From: an uncultured Gammaproteobacteria bacterium
GTDB lineage: Bacteria; Patescibacteriota; Microgenomatia; Curtissbacterales; GWA2-41-24
Assembly (NCBI GenBank): GCA_964562855.1
Contig: CAZLVB010000002.1
Coordinates: 1-52,585 of the forward strand
Direction of reading: 5' to 3'
DNA: 52,585 nt
A program made the translations under genes and the position numbers. Positions 8,124 to 16,650 of this stretch are shown here, in pieces (positions within the stretch are counted from its first letter, which is position 1; every line of letters begins with the position of its first letter). Under the pieces are notes generated by a model. It was not told where the DNA came from. It saw nothing but the letters and a program-made list of their open reading frames with translations, and did no database searches.

Positions 8124-9167
8124 CTGGGTTACTTCTATGTTGCTTATTATCACATTCTCATCCCCATAACACCTGAATCCAATCATTCCATATGTGTCAC
8201 GAAATCTAATAATAGACTCATCGCCAAAACCGTATTTTTCGCCTATTATTTCTTTTTCTTTCACTGGCCAATTTGCTCGATAATTTGAAGGTAGATTCCA
8301 TACGAATGGTTTTTCGCCAATCTCTTTAAAACTTAATTCGAGTTTATTCTTATTCACCAATATATTGACCTCGTGAGGTTTTTTTTCATTAAATGCAGTT
8401 TCAGCATTCATAGGATAAATCTCGTGCGTTAAAATATCCCAATTTCCATCTACTCTAACATGAGGAACTATCCAAAGCTGTTTTTTCTGACCAGAAACCG
8501 CATTTGATCCATTTAAATCCTTAATTCCTATCGCAATCATAAAATAATTATTAAGATCTAGTGCTCTAAAAACAAAGCCAAACCAATTGTTATTAGTTAA
8601 ATACTCAATCTTTTCAGCAACGTTACTTTCTCTTCTTTTTCTAGTGTACCCAAACTCTACAGATGTCTTAAACTTTTCGAAGTTGAATACAAAATCTATA
8701 GAAAAATTCTTCCAATAATAATACTTAATTAAAGCGCCAGAATCTGAACTCGTAATACGAAAGCCTCTTTTGCTTATTTTTTCTACCCTACCTTGAAAAG
8801 TTAAGTTATTCAAACAATCATCTAGAAAAAATTTTCTTGATTTTTCATATGCAGAAAATACATCAGTTATTTCTTGAATTAAATTCCACAGAATTGGCAG
8901 AAAAACAACTAAAATCCAAACAAGCAAAAGTACAAATAACGCAACAAGTACAGTTTCTGGGGCAAAAAGCATTTTGTCTTGCTGATTAGTAAACAATTCT
9001 GCGATGAAATCTTTATTTATGTGAGTAACATCGGGGGTTTCGTTCGGTAAGAGAAATCTATTTACGAGCCAAAGTAATAATAGTGTAGCAGTGTAAATCA
9101 GTAGTACATAAATGGTAAAAAGGGGCTTATTACTAACTCTAAACTTTAATAATTTTGACCAATCCAT
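8118..9167 (-). CDS. Two-TM protein with a C-terminal beta-sandwich (concanavalin/DUF1080-like) domain
   Basis: Two N-terminal TMs, then WFGFVFRALDLNNYFM and C-terminal GMIGFRCYGDENVIISNIEV, which resemble ConA-like folds. Confidence 0.6.
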   Translation of the reverse strand: MDWSKLLKFRVSNKPLFTIYVLLIYTATLLLLWLVNRFLLPNETPDVTHINKDFIAELFTNQQDKMLFAPETVLVALFVLLLVWILVVFLPILWNLIQEITDVFSAYEKSRKFFLDDCLNNLTFQGRVEKISKRGFRITSSDSGALIKYYYWKNFSIDFVFNFEKFKTSVEFGYTRKRRESNVAEKIEYLTNNNWFGFVFRALDLNNYFMIAIGIKDLNGSNAVSGQKKQLWIVPHVRVDGNWDILTHEIYPMNAETAFNEKKPHEVNILVNKNKLELSFKEIGEKPFVWNLPSNYRANWPVKEKEIIGEKYGFGDESIIRFRDTYGMIGFRCYGDENVIISNIEVTQL

Positions 9168-9207
9168 AATCCTGCCATTTAGGCAGGTTATAATAAGGGC
9201 AACTCAG

Positions 9208-9279
9208 CTCCCCGGCCTGGATTCGAACCAGGAACCTATCGCTTAACAGGCGAGCGCTCTACCGTTGAGCTACCGGGGA
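9208..9279 (-). tRNA. tRNA-Asn(GTT)
   Basis: TCCCCGG acceptor, anticodon loop CTGTTAA, T-arm GGTTCGAATCC. No encoded CCA. Confidence 0.95.
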
Positions 9280-9355
9280 ATATTAAAGTGCATTGAGAAT
9301 TTTACCATCAGACAATTCTTAATTCCACCCTTGACGACGGTGCTAAAATGGGTTT

Positions 9356-9706
9356 GTGATAAAGGCAGTTACAATTTCTATTATTCTCGCGCTTGCCGTA
9401 CTGGTAGCACCACAAGCACTGGCCCGTCACAAAACTCAGCCTCCTCAAACAAGTATTACCTCGACCAATACTAACAACAATGTCAACATAAACAGAAACA
9501 GCAATAAGAATGAAAACAAAGTTGACATTGATATTGAAAACAACCAGACTCAAACTCAAAACGTTACTTTGGGAACAAGAGTTGCTGCCGTTCCCAAAAC
9601 TTTGCCCGCAACCGGCCCGTCTACTTTGGCCTTATCTCTAATGGCAGGTGCAATTCCTCTGGGACTGTATCTTAGAAAATACGGGAAAATTACTGCAAAT
9701 CTCTAA
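9356..9706 (+). CDS. Small secreted protein with an LPxTG-like C-terminal anchor
   Basis: Signal peptide ending ALA, Asn-rich linker, LPATG + hydrophobic helix + RK tail. Confidence 0.7.
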   Translation: MIKAVTISIILALAVLVAPQALARHKTQPPQTSITSTNTNNNVNINRNSNKNENKVDIDIENNQTQTQNVTLGTRVAAVPKTLPATGPSTLALSLMAGAIPLGLYLRKYGKITANL

Positions 9707-11285
9707 CTGCCGCTCTGTAAGCCACTGTTGAATCCTGCCTCATTACAAATAACAATACTTGCGTTTTAGGTTTAATCTCGCAATCGGCCATATCAACATA
9801 AAGTACTTTTTTGCCGACAAATTGGTCTGCCCGGTGCGATGGACAGCCGTCGCGGGTAAATAAAACATTTTTATACTGAAAATTTTCACTTAAATTACTA
9901 ATATCGAATCTGATATTTTTATCAAAGATATCGGCAAAGAAAAGGTAGTAAAACGGAAAATTCGGGCCGTATTGGGCAAGCACTAGATCATATTCATTCT
10001 GGTGATTTAGCATATAAGTTGCTATTTCGCCTGCTCCCTGATCACGCAAAATCCCTTTATAGCCCTTCTGATGGACAAAATACTGATGGTTAAAATAGAA
10101 AAATTCGGCAAAAAGTAACATTGCAAATACTAAAATCAGGGCATTTCTTAGAAGTTTTTTGAGACTGAAAACAACCCAAAAACCATAAGAAGCCACCAAA
10201 ACCAGCGGGAAAATCATAAAAGAAGCACGCGTTACGCTGGGAATATCCTCATAGGTTAAAACCGCACCAATTGGCGAAACGGCAAGCCAAAAAATCGGCA
10301 GAATAAACAATTTAGGAGCTTTTAGAAAGAAAAAAGCGGCCAAAAGTAAAAGCGGTGCAAAAACAATATAGATTAAACCAGTCTGTGGTACCGCATACCT
10401 TTCCGGATAGCCACCACTCAAAAACAAAAAGCTTGGCGAAAAGTGCTGTAAATAATTAGTTGCCAATTCCCTGCTGTAAACCACAACTTTGTTGTGAAAT
10501 ATGCGCGCAATCGTTGGATTTGTATCCGCATAAGGCAGTTCTTTGATTTTCTGCACAATATCCGGATTCTTGTAAAAAACAACCTGCGATAACCTGCCCT
10601 TGCCAATAGGCGACAGCAAAATTGCCGCACTTATTACTGTCAAAAGAATAATAGTCTTTACTAAAATTTTATCCCGCCAAAGTAGTAGAAACCCCAAAAG
10701 TAGAATTGGTACCAACGTTCTGGTCCCATGATAAAAAAGGTAGGAGGAAACCAGAAACAGCAAACTGAAAACTAGAAACTTTCTATCCTTTGCTTCTTTA
10801 AACTTCAAAAGAAAATAGAGTCCGAAAATAATCAGGAAATAACCGACAATTGCCTCATGTCCGGCACGCGAAAGAGAAATATGCCATGGCAAAATCGAAA
10901 GAAAGAAAGATGAAATAAGGGCAATTTCCCTCTTTTTAAAAATCAAAAGTGACAGAAAAAATAACGGAAAAACTGTCAAAGCCCCAAAAAGAGCAGTGGG
11001 CAGCCTGGCCGCAAACTCATTTGTACCAAACACCAACTCAAAAACTCCCGTCAGATAAAAAAGGCCGGTAGGCCGAAAGTCCTCAAATTTATTGAAAGCC
11101 AAAGGCAGAAAATTGCCGGCCGGATCTCTACCGTTTAGGATTAAAAATTTGCCTACATAGCCGACATCAACCTCATCATTATGGAAACCTACAGGAATAG
11201 ACCCAAGCTTAAAAGTGCGCAAAAAGAGCGCCAGAAGAAAAATTAAAATTAAAATAAAAAGAAGGTTACCTTTTCTTAAATTCAC
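9690..11285 (-). CDS. ArnT/PMT-like GT-C membrane glycosyltransferase
   Basis: LALFLRTFKLGSIPVGFHNDE, FAARLPTALFG, WHISLSR. Polytopic. Confidence 0.85.
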   Translation of the reverse strand: MNLRKGNLLFILILIFLLALFLRTFKLGSIPVGFHNDEVDVGYVGKFLILNGRDPAGNFLPLAFNKFEDFRPTGLFYLTGVFELVFGTNEFAARLPTALFGALTVFPLFFLSLLIFKKREIALISSFFLSILPWHISLSRAGHEAIVGYFLIIFGLYFLLKFKEAKDRKFLVFSLLFLVSSYLFYHGTRTLVPILLLGFLLLWRDKILVKTIILLTVISAAILLSPIGKGRLSQVVFYKNPDIVQKIKELPYADTNPTIARIFHNKVVVYSRELATNYLQHFSPSFLFLSGGYPERYAVPQTGLIYIVFAPLLLLAAFFFLKAPKLFILPIFWLAVSPIGAVLTYEDIPSVTRASFMIFPLVLVASYGFWVVFSLKKLLRNALILVFAMLLFAEFFYFNHQYFVHQKGYKGILRDQGAGEIATYMLNHQNEYDLVLAQYGPNFPFYYLFFADIFDKNIRFDISNLSENFQYKNVLFTRDGCPSHRADQFVGKKVLYVDMADCEIKPKTQVLLFVMRQDSTVAYRAAVRDLQ

Positions 11286-13686
11286 TCCTAAACAGTAACA
11301 GAAAACAGCCGGCTAGACCAAGCGCCGAAACGCCCAAAGCCAACTTGAAAATATCGCTGTCATAATATAGACGAACTTCGTGCTCTCCGCGATTCAAAGG
11401 TACAGCCCGAAAGGTATAATTTGCCCTCAAAATCGGCACCTCATTCCCGTCGACTTGCGCCTTCCAGCCGGGATACCAATTGTCTGAAAGAAACAACAGT
11501 TTTGGCTCTCTTGAGTTTGTCGCAATAACAACCTCTTGGGATTTATAACTAATAATTTCTGCAGCTCCCTCTCCAAATTGCGCGCTTACAGGCGAAGGCT
11601 TTTCTAAAATCAATACGTTCCTAAAGTCAAAATCCGGCTCCTGTAGCTTTTGAAAAATAAGCTTTCTTCTTTCCTTCTCTAGCTTCTCAACCTCCTGACC
11701 GTTTAACCCTCCCAGTTGAGGAGGTCCTTCATAGTTTGACGCCAAGAACGCTCTAGGCAAAACCTGCAGGTTCTCAAAGACCGCTAAACCTTTATCTTCA
11801 AACACTTGCTTAAAATTATTTTCTTCCATAACTTCAACTTCGCCCACTTTAGCAATAACGAATTTAACTCCGACTAGGTCAATTAATCTTCTTCGGGGAC
11901 TTTCTATAAGTTCGGTAGTGTTTCCTCTGCCTAACCCGGCATCTGCTCTAAAGGTGTAACTTTCGAGCCTGTTGCCCTGCATTACATAAGTAAATTCACT
12001 ATAGCTCTGATTGTTCAACGAATCATAGCCTTCCGGCCAAAAAATTTGGTACTGGCTGGCAAAATTATTCTCCAGGAAACTGTCTCCCACTCCCCAAGAG
12101 CGAAAATAGCCTTGATTCTCCCTTATGAATTGCAAGATCCCATTATTGGGAAAAACGTATTGTCGCTCGCTAAAGGAAAAGTATTTTTGGGAAAAGTAAA
12201 AGGTATGCGCAAAAGCCAAAATTAAAATCGCCAAGGACACCCACGACCGTAATCTTGCTCGCCGCTGACCTGCTAAGATTAAAGCCGAGGTTAACACAAA
12301 AATGGAAAGGGGCAGCAGCAAGTTGCGCAGTGAAACAAGAGCATTATCGCCGCCACCAACAGTACTGACTCTTTGAAAATAGGGCAGACCAAGAAATTTC
12401 GCGGCTAAAAGGTAAAAGACAATGAGAAGATAGATCGCCCCCAAAACCCAAATAACTTTGAAAATTTGTCTGGCTCGATTTTTAAGCCACCGATCAAATC
12501 CGATTGCCGCTAAAATCGCCAAGCAAAAAGCCGGCACAAAAAGGATTCTGTTGGCAATCGAAGTCGAAAGGAAAGGAATGGGCAGGCTTAAAAATAATTT
12601 GGATGTAGGGAGCACAAACGTCGTAGATGCAGAAATTAACGCAAAAAGCGCCAAAAAGCGCACTAATTTATCTTTTTTCAAAACAAAGACGGCATAAACT
12701 GCGAAAATTAAGGCCGCAACACCCACAAATAGAATTCCTTCATAATATTGAGCCGCGCCTCCTCTAAAGAAATTGTGGGTGGCCGGATGGCCGAAAAAAT
12801 CCGGCGCCAAAAGTGTCACTAAACTCTCAATTGGCAATAAAAAGCTAAAAATTACATCCTTTAAGGGAATCGATGCCCTGCCCGAGTTATAAAATAGTTC
12901 TGCCGACGGAAAAAGTTGAATTGCCGAAATCAAAGTTCCTAGAACCATCCCGAAGCAGATTTGGGCCAAGTTACTTATTCTTACCCGAAATTTCCGAGAT
13001 TTTTCAAAAACCCTGAAAATCGCGTAAAAAACGGCAAAAATTGCTACGTAGATTGAGGTCTGCACATAGCCGGCAAAAAGAGATGCTGCCCAAGAAAACG
13101 CGATCACGGCAATGTATGGCTTTCTGCCATCTTTCAAAAATTTATCCACCGCCCATAGAATCAGCGGCAACCAAACTATAGAGTGAGGTGACTGCACAAC
13201 CTCTTCGCCCCAAGTGATCACAAACGGGCTAAATCCAAAAGTTAAGGCCCCGAAAAAGGCTGCCAAACTGGAAAGCTCCTTCTTGCCGACTCTTAAATTC
13301 ACCAAATATAAAAAAGTAAAGAAGGAGGCCAGAATTGTCGGTGTAATTCGCCAAAGATGCCAGGTGCTGATCTGCCCGAGAAACATCGCGGCAACATTCA
13401 AGGGATAAAAAACTGCCGTCTGAAAATCGGCAAGATGCGGATGACCGGAAAAGGCATGAGGGTTCCAAAACGGCAGCGCAAAATTCCTGAATGCATCAAG
13501 TGTCACCTTCAAAAAAGGAAAATAAATGCGCAGCTGATCCCAGCCGGTTAATTTATACGGCAAATTTTCCCCATAAGGAGGATAAAAGGAAACCAAAAGA
13601 TTGCCATTCAAATTAACTTTCCCAAAAAATATCGGCCAAAAAAGCAGTAGGGAAAGAATTGTAAACAATCCGAGGACTTTAATCAC
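11266..13686 (-). CDS. YfhO-family membrane glycosyltransferase
   Basis: PFWNPHAFSGHPHLAD, LPRAFL, LFLSDNWYPGWKAQVDG..ILRANYTFRAV. Confidence 0.88.
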   Translation of the reverse strand: MIKVLGLFTILSLLLFWPIFFGKVNLNGNLLVSFYPPYGENLPYKLTGWDQLRIYFPFLKVTLDAFRNFALPFWNPHAFSGHPHLADFQTAVFYPLNVAAMFLGQISTWHLWRITPTILASFFTFLYLVNLRVGKKELSSLAAFFGALTFGFSPFVITWGEEVVQSPHSIVWLPLILWAVDKFLKDGRKPYIAVIAFSWAASLFAGYVQTSIYVAIFAVFYAIFRVFEKSRKFRVRISNLAQICFGMVLGTLISAIQLFPSAELFYNSGRASIPLKDVIFSFLLPIESLVTLLAPDFFGHPATHNFFRGGAAQYYEGILFVGVAALIFAVYAVFVLKKDKLVRFLALFALISASTTFVLPTSKLFLSLPIPFLSTSIANRILFVPAFCLAILAAIGFDRWLKNRARQIFKVIWVLGAIYLLIVFYLLAAKFLGLPYFQRVSTVGGGDNALVSLRNLLLPLSIFVLTSALILAGQRRARLRSWVSLAILILAFAHTFYFSQKYFSFSERQYVFPNNGILQFIRENQGYFRSWGVGDSFLENNFASQYQIFWPEGYDSLNNQSYSEFTYVMQGNRLESYTFRADAGLGRGNTTELIESPRRRLIDLVGVKFVIAKVGEVEVMEENNFKQVFEDKGLAVFENLQVLPRAFLASNYEGPPQLGGLNGQEVEKLEKERRKLIFQKLQEPDFDFRNVLILEKPSPVSAQFGEGAAEIISYKSQEVVIATNSREPKLLFLSDNWYPGWKAQVDGNEVPILRANYTFRAVPLNRGEHEVRLYYDSDIFKLALGVSALGLAGCFLLLFRSEFKKR

Positions 13687-13910
13687 CGACCAAAATTATC
13701 CGATTTCTTAATCTAATTTGCAAAACTTAGCTGCGGGTGGCAGTCGTGGAAGGGCCCCGACAGCGCGCAGCTCGACATTGTCTTTCTGATTAACAACTGT
13801 TTTCTGACTCGAGCGAGCACTGGCGGGAGGCCCGCCTGCAACGCTATGCGTAGCATTGCGGGAGGGAAACGACTGACAGGAGCCGTAAGTACAGTCTGTG
13901 GTAACAATAA

Positions 13911-14090
13911 TCAAAACAACGTGTAGATAAACGGTGCCACGCCCGTGGTTTGGGCAAAGACCAAAAGCAGGCCAAAAATTAAAAGCACTGCAACAAACGG
14001 AATTAAAAACCAAAGTTTAGCTTTCCATAAAAATTCCAAAAGCTCCCCCGCCTCGCCGCCTCTGGAAAACATTTGTTTCAAAATTCTCAT
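13911..14090 (-). CDS. DUF5989/SxtK-like small membrane protein (absent from the ORF track)
   Basis: 59 aa MRILKQMFSRGGEAGELLEFLWKAKLWFLIPFVAVLLIFGLLLVFAQTTGVAPFIYTLF. The family-typical APFIYTLF terminus follows the carbamoyltransferase. Confidence 0.88.
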   Translation of the reverse strand: MRILKQMFSRGGEAGELLEFLWKAKLWFLIPFVAVLLIFGLLLVFAQTTGVAPFIYTLF

Positions 14091-14130
14091 GACAATATGA
14101 GGATATTATACATTGGAAATTTGAAATTCC

Positions 14131-15915
14131 TCAAAGATCTTCTTTGAGGACTATATATCGCTCCAATGCCAAAATATCCAGCCCCGACTTCGAAAAAGTA
14201 TTAAAAGCATTCTCGGGCGAATTAACAATCGGCTCGCCCTTTAAGTTAAAAGACGTATTTAAAAGCACATAAACTCCGGTTTTTTGACCGAATTTTTTAA
14301 TAATATTGTAATAGCGCGCGTTCTGATTCTTACTGATTATTTGCAGTCTGCCGCTTCCGTCTACATGTGTGACTGCCCGAATAACTTTTTGCATATTTTT
14401 CTTAACAGGAAAAACTGCCAGCATAAATTTTGTCAAATCTTCGTGCTTTAAATCCCCAACTTCAAAATAATCCTTTGCCTTTTCAGTCAAAACCACCGGC
14501 GCAAACGGTCTATACGGTTCTCTGAATTTAATTTTTGTATTGACAACATCCTTCATTTCCTCACGCCTTGGGTCTGCCAGAATCGATCTTGAACCGAGTG
14601 CTCTTGGCCCCCATTCTGCTCTGCCATGGAAAAACCCGATAACTTTGCCGCCGGCAATCTCACCAGCTAAAAAGTCGACCAACTTCTCTTCGGAGGTAAT
14701 TTTTTTATATTTAATCCTCTTGCCTTTCAAAAATCGCTCGATCTCGCTGTCCTCAAATTCCTCTCCAAAATAACAAGTCTCCTGGACAAATTTGCGCGCC
14801 TTGCCCAAAAGAGCATGATAAACATACATCGCCGCGCCTAAACTTCCGCCGTCATCACCTGCTGCCGGCTGAACAAAGACTCGTTTAAAGGGTCCTTTTT
14901 TAAGAAGAACTCCGTTGGCAACACTATTCAATCCAACTCCCCCGCCGATGCAAAGATTCTCACTTTTGACTTTACCATGTACAAATTTGGCCAAATTTAA
15001 AATCACTTCTTCAGTGAAGGCTTGAATAGATGCGGCAATATCCGCATACTTCTGGTTTAACTCGCAAAGCTTCTCAAAATCATCAGGTTTTTCTCCAAAA
15101 TACGAAGGATATCCGCTAGATTCGGTAAAAAAGTGTAAGTCGTAGGGTCTTGGTTGGCCAAAAAGCTCGACAAATTTCTGGCTGTATGCACAATCTGCCG
15201 ATTTATGAAAGGTAAAATAATCCATATTCAGTCTAAATGAGCCGTCGTTATACACTTTAACCAACCGTCTGACTTTATCGAAATATCGTGGCTTTCCGTA
15301 AGGTGCCATAACCATCACCTTATACTCCCCATCGTTAACCTCAAAGCCCAAAAAGGCGGTAAAGACAGAGTATAAAAGCCCTAAGGAGTGAGGAAATTTA
15401 ATTTCTTGAAAGATTTTGAGATCTTCTCCTTGCCCCTTGCCATATGCTGTAGTTGTCCACTCACCAACACCGTCAAAAGTCAAAACGGCTGCTTCATCAA
15501 AAGGCGATGCATAAAAACTTGAAGCCGCGTGGGAGATATGATGAGGGACAAAAAGAATTTTAGAAGGCGTAATTTCCAGTTCGTCTGCTATAATCGATCG
15601 TACCCATAGCTTATCTATAAGCCAGACAGTCATCGATTTGGCAAATAATCTGGAAGCTACAGGATAAGTAGCCAATGTCGAGAGTAAAATTCTCTGAAAT
15701 TTCCAAAAAGGTTTCTCGTAAAAAACTACGTAATCTAAATCCTTAGCATTGATTTCGGCTTTTTTAAGACAAAAATCAACTGCCATTTTGGGAAACTCAC
15801 TGTCATGTTTTTTACGGGTAAACCTTTCCTCGGCACTTGCGGCAATAACTTTACCGTCGGCAATTAAAGTAGCCGCTGACTCATGATAAAAACAAGAAAT
15901 ACCCAGGATATACAT
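14131..15915 (-). CDS. O-carbamoyltransferase (NodU/CmcH/SxtI family)
   Basis: ILGISCFYHESAA, EERFTRKKHD, HHISHAASSFY, DGVGEW, EWGPRALGSRSILADPR, KIKFREPYRPFAP, LNTSFN. Confidence 0.95.
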   Translation of the reverse strand: MYILGISCFYHESAATLIADGKVIAASAEERFTRKKHDSEFPKMAVDFCLKKAEINAKDLDYVVFYEKPFWKFQRILLSTLATYPVASRLFAKSMTVWLIDKLWVRSIIADELEITPSKILFVPHHISHAASSFYASPFDEAAVLTFDGVGEWTTTAYGKGQGEDLKIFQEIKFPHSLGLLYSVFTAFLGFEVNDGEYKVMVMAPYGKPRYFDKVRRLVKVYNDGSFRLNMDYFTFHKSADCAYSQKFVELFGQPRPYDLHFFTESSGYPSYFGEKPDDFEKLCELNQKYADIAASIQAFTEEVILNLAKFVHGKVKSENLCIGGGVGLNSVANGVLLKKGPFKRVFVQPAAGDDGGSLGAAMYVYHALLGKARKFVQETCYFGEEFEDSEIERFLKGKRIKYKKITSEEKLVDFLAGEIAGGKVIGFFHGRAEWGPRALGSRSILADPRREEMKDVVNTKIKFREPYRPFAPVVLTEKAKDYFEVGDLKHEDLTKFMLAVFPVKKNMQKVIRAVTHVDGSGRLQIISKNQNARYYNIIKKFGQKTGVYVLLNTSFNLKGEPIVNSPENAFNTFSKSGLDILALERYIVLKEDL

Positions 15916-16026
15916 TTTTAAAGTTAAAAGTTTAAAGTTAAAAGTTTAAAGTTGTCGAAGTCAACTTTTATACTAACTTTAAATTTTGAATTGTAACTTT
16001 GCATTTTGAATTTTGAACTTTGAATT
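15916..16026. repeat. Inverted arrays of 7-nt repeats (empty four-helix-bundle-type hairpin)
   Basis: (T/A)AAAGTT tandem copies followed by AACTTT/TTTTGAA tandem copies in inverted orientation. Confidence 0.7.
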
Positions 16027-16030
16027 ACCT

Positions 16031-16261
16031 TTAATATTGCTTTCTGGCGCTTTTTAAATCGCCTTTCTCATGTTCCCATTTCTCAAAATTGCTTCTTCCT
16101 GGCCTTCGCAAATTTAATGGATCGGCAACTGCCCGAAACACCAATCCCACTGGCGCCAAAATCACCAAATAGAAAATAGAAAGAATTACCTGAGACTGAA
16201 AGTTGCCAATAATTCTGGCAATTTTAAGCCACCTTTTCCAAAGAGGTTTGACAAGATTCAT
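16031..16261 (-). CDS. SxtJ-like small membrane protein
   Basis: LWKRWLKIARIIGNFQSQVILSIFYLVILAPVG...DPL...ARKQY. Upstream of the carbamoyltransferase. Confidence 0.8.
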   Translation of the reverse strand: MNLVKPLWKRWLKIARIIGNFQSQVILSIFYLVILAPVGLVFRAVADPLNLRRPGRSNFEKWEHEKGDLKSARKQY

Positions 16262-16316
16262 TGCACAATTAAACCACGACAGCACCCCATACTGCCAAGG
16301 TGAAGGCAAAAAGTAA

Positions 16317-16595
16317 CTATTTAAGTGAGATATGAAACTTCAATGAAGCCGCCAAAAGCAGCACGAAACCTAAAACAAAAAAAGCATCAGTGAATGTGAT
16401 ATTGCCAAAAAACTTTAGATTTGTCAGAAATTTTTCAAAGACTAAAAAAAACAAAAATGAAACCATCGCCAAAGCAATCAGAACCTGCATCCAAGCCATT
16501 TTTCCGCCTCGCAGTAAAAAGGCATTATAGGTAGCCGAGATTGAAATTAAAAGGACGATTACGGCAACAGCCGTCGAAACCGACAATGTCATCAC
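16317..16595 (-). CDS. Small three-TM hypothetical protein
   Basis: Three hydrophobic segments, co-oriented with neighbours. Confidence 0.6.
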   Translation of the reverse strand: MMTLSVSTAVAVIVLLISISATYNAFLLRGGKMAWMQVLIALAMVSFLFFLVFEKFLTNLKFFGNITFTDAFFVLGFVLLLAASLKFHISLK

Positions 16596-16650
16596 ATTTA
16601 GTTTGTCGCAAACTGACCTAAATTGTCAAACCACCTCAGGTGCGGTCAAA

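Noticed and set aside
13708-14013. ORFs 13708..14013 and 13713..13907
   Set aside because: They overlap the real DUF5989 gene in another frame and a palindromic region, and have no protein-like features
13911-16261. Saxitoxin biosynthesis cluster
   Set aside because: Only the widespread sxtI/J/K-like trio is present, with no sxtA/G or other core genes
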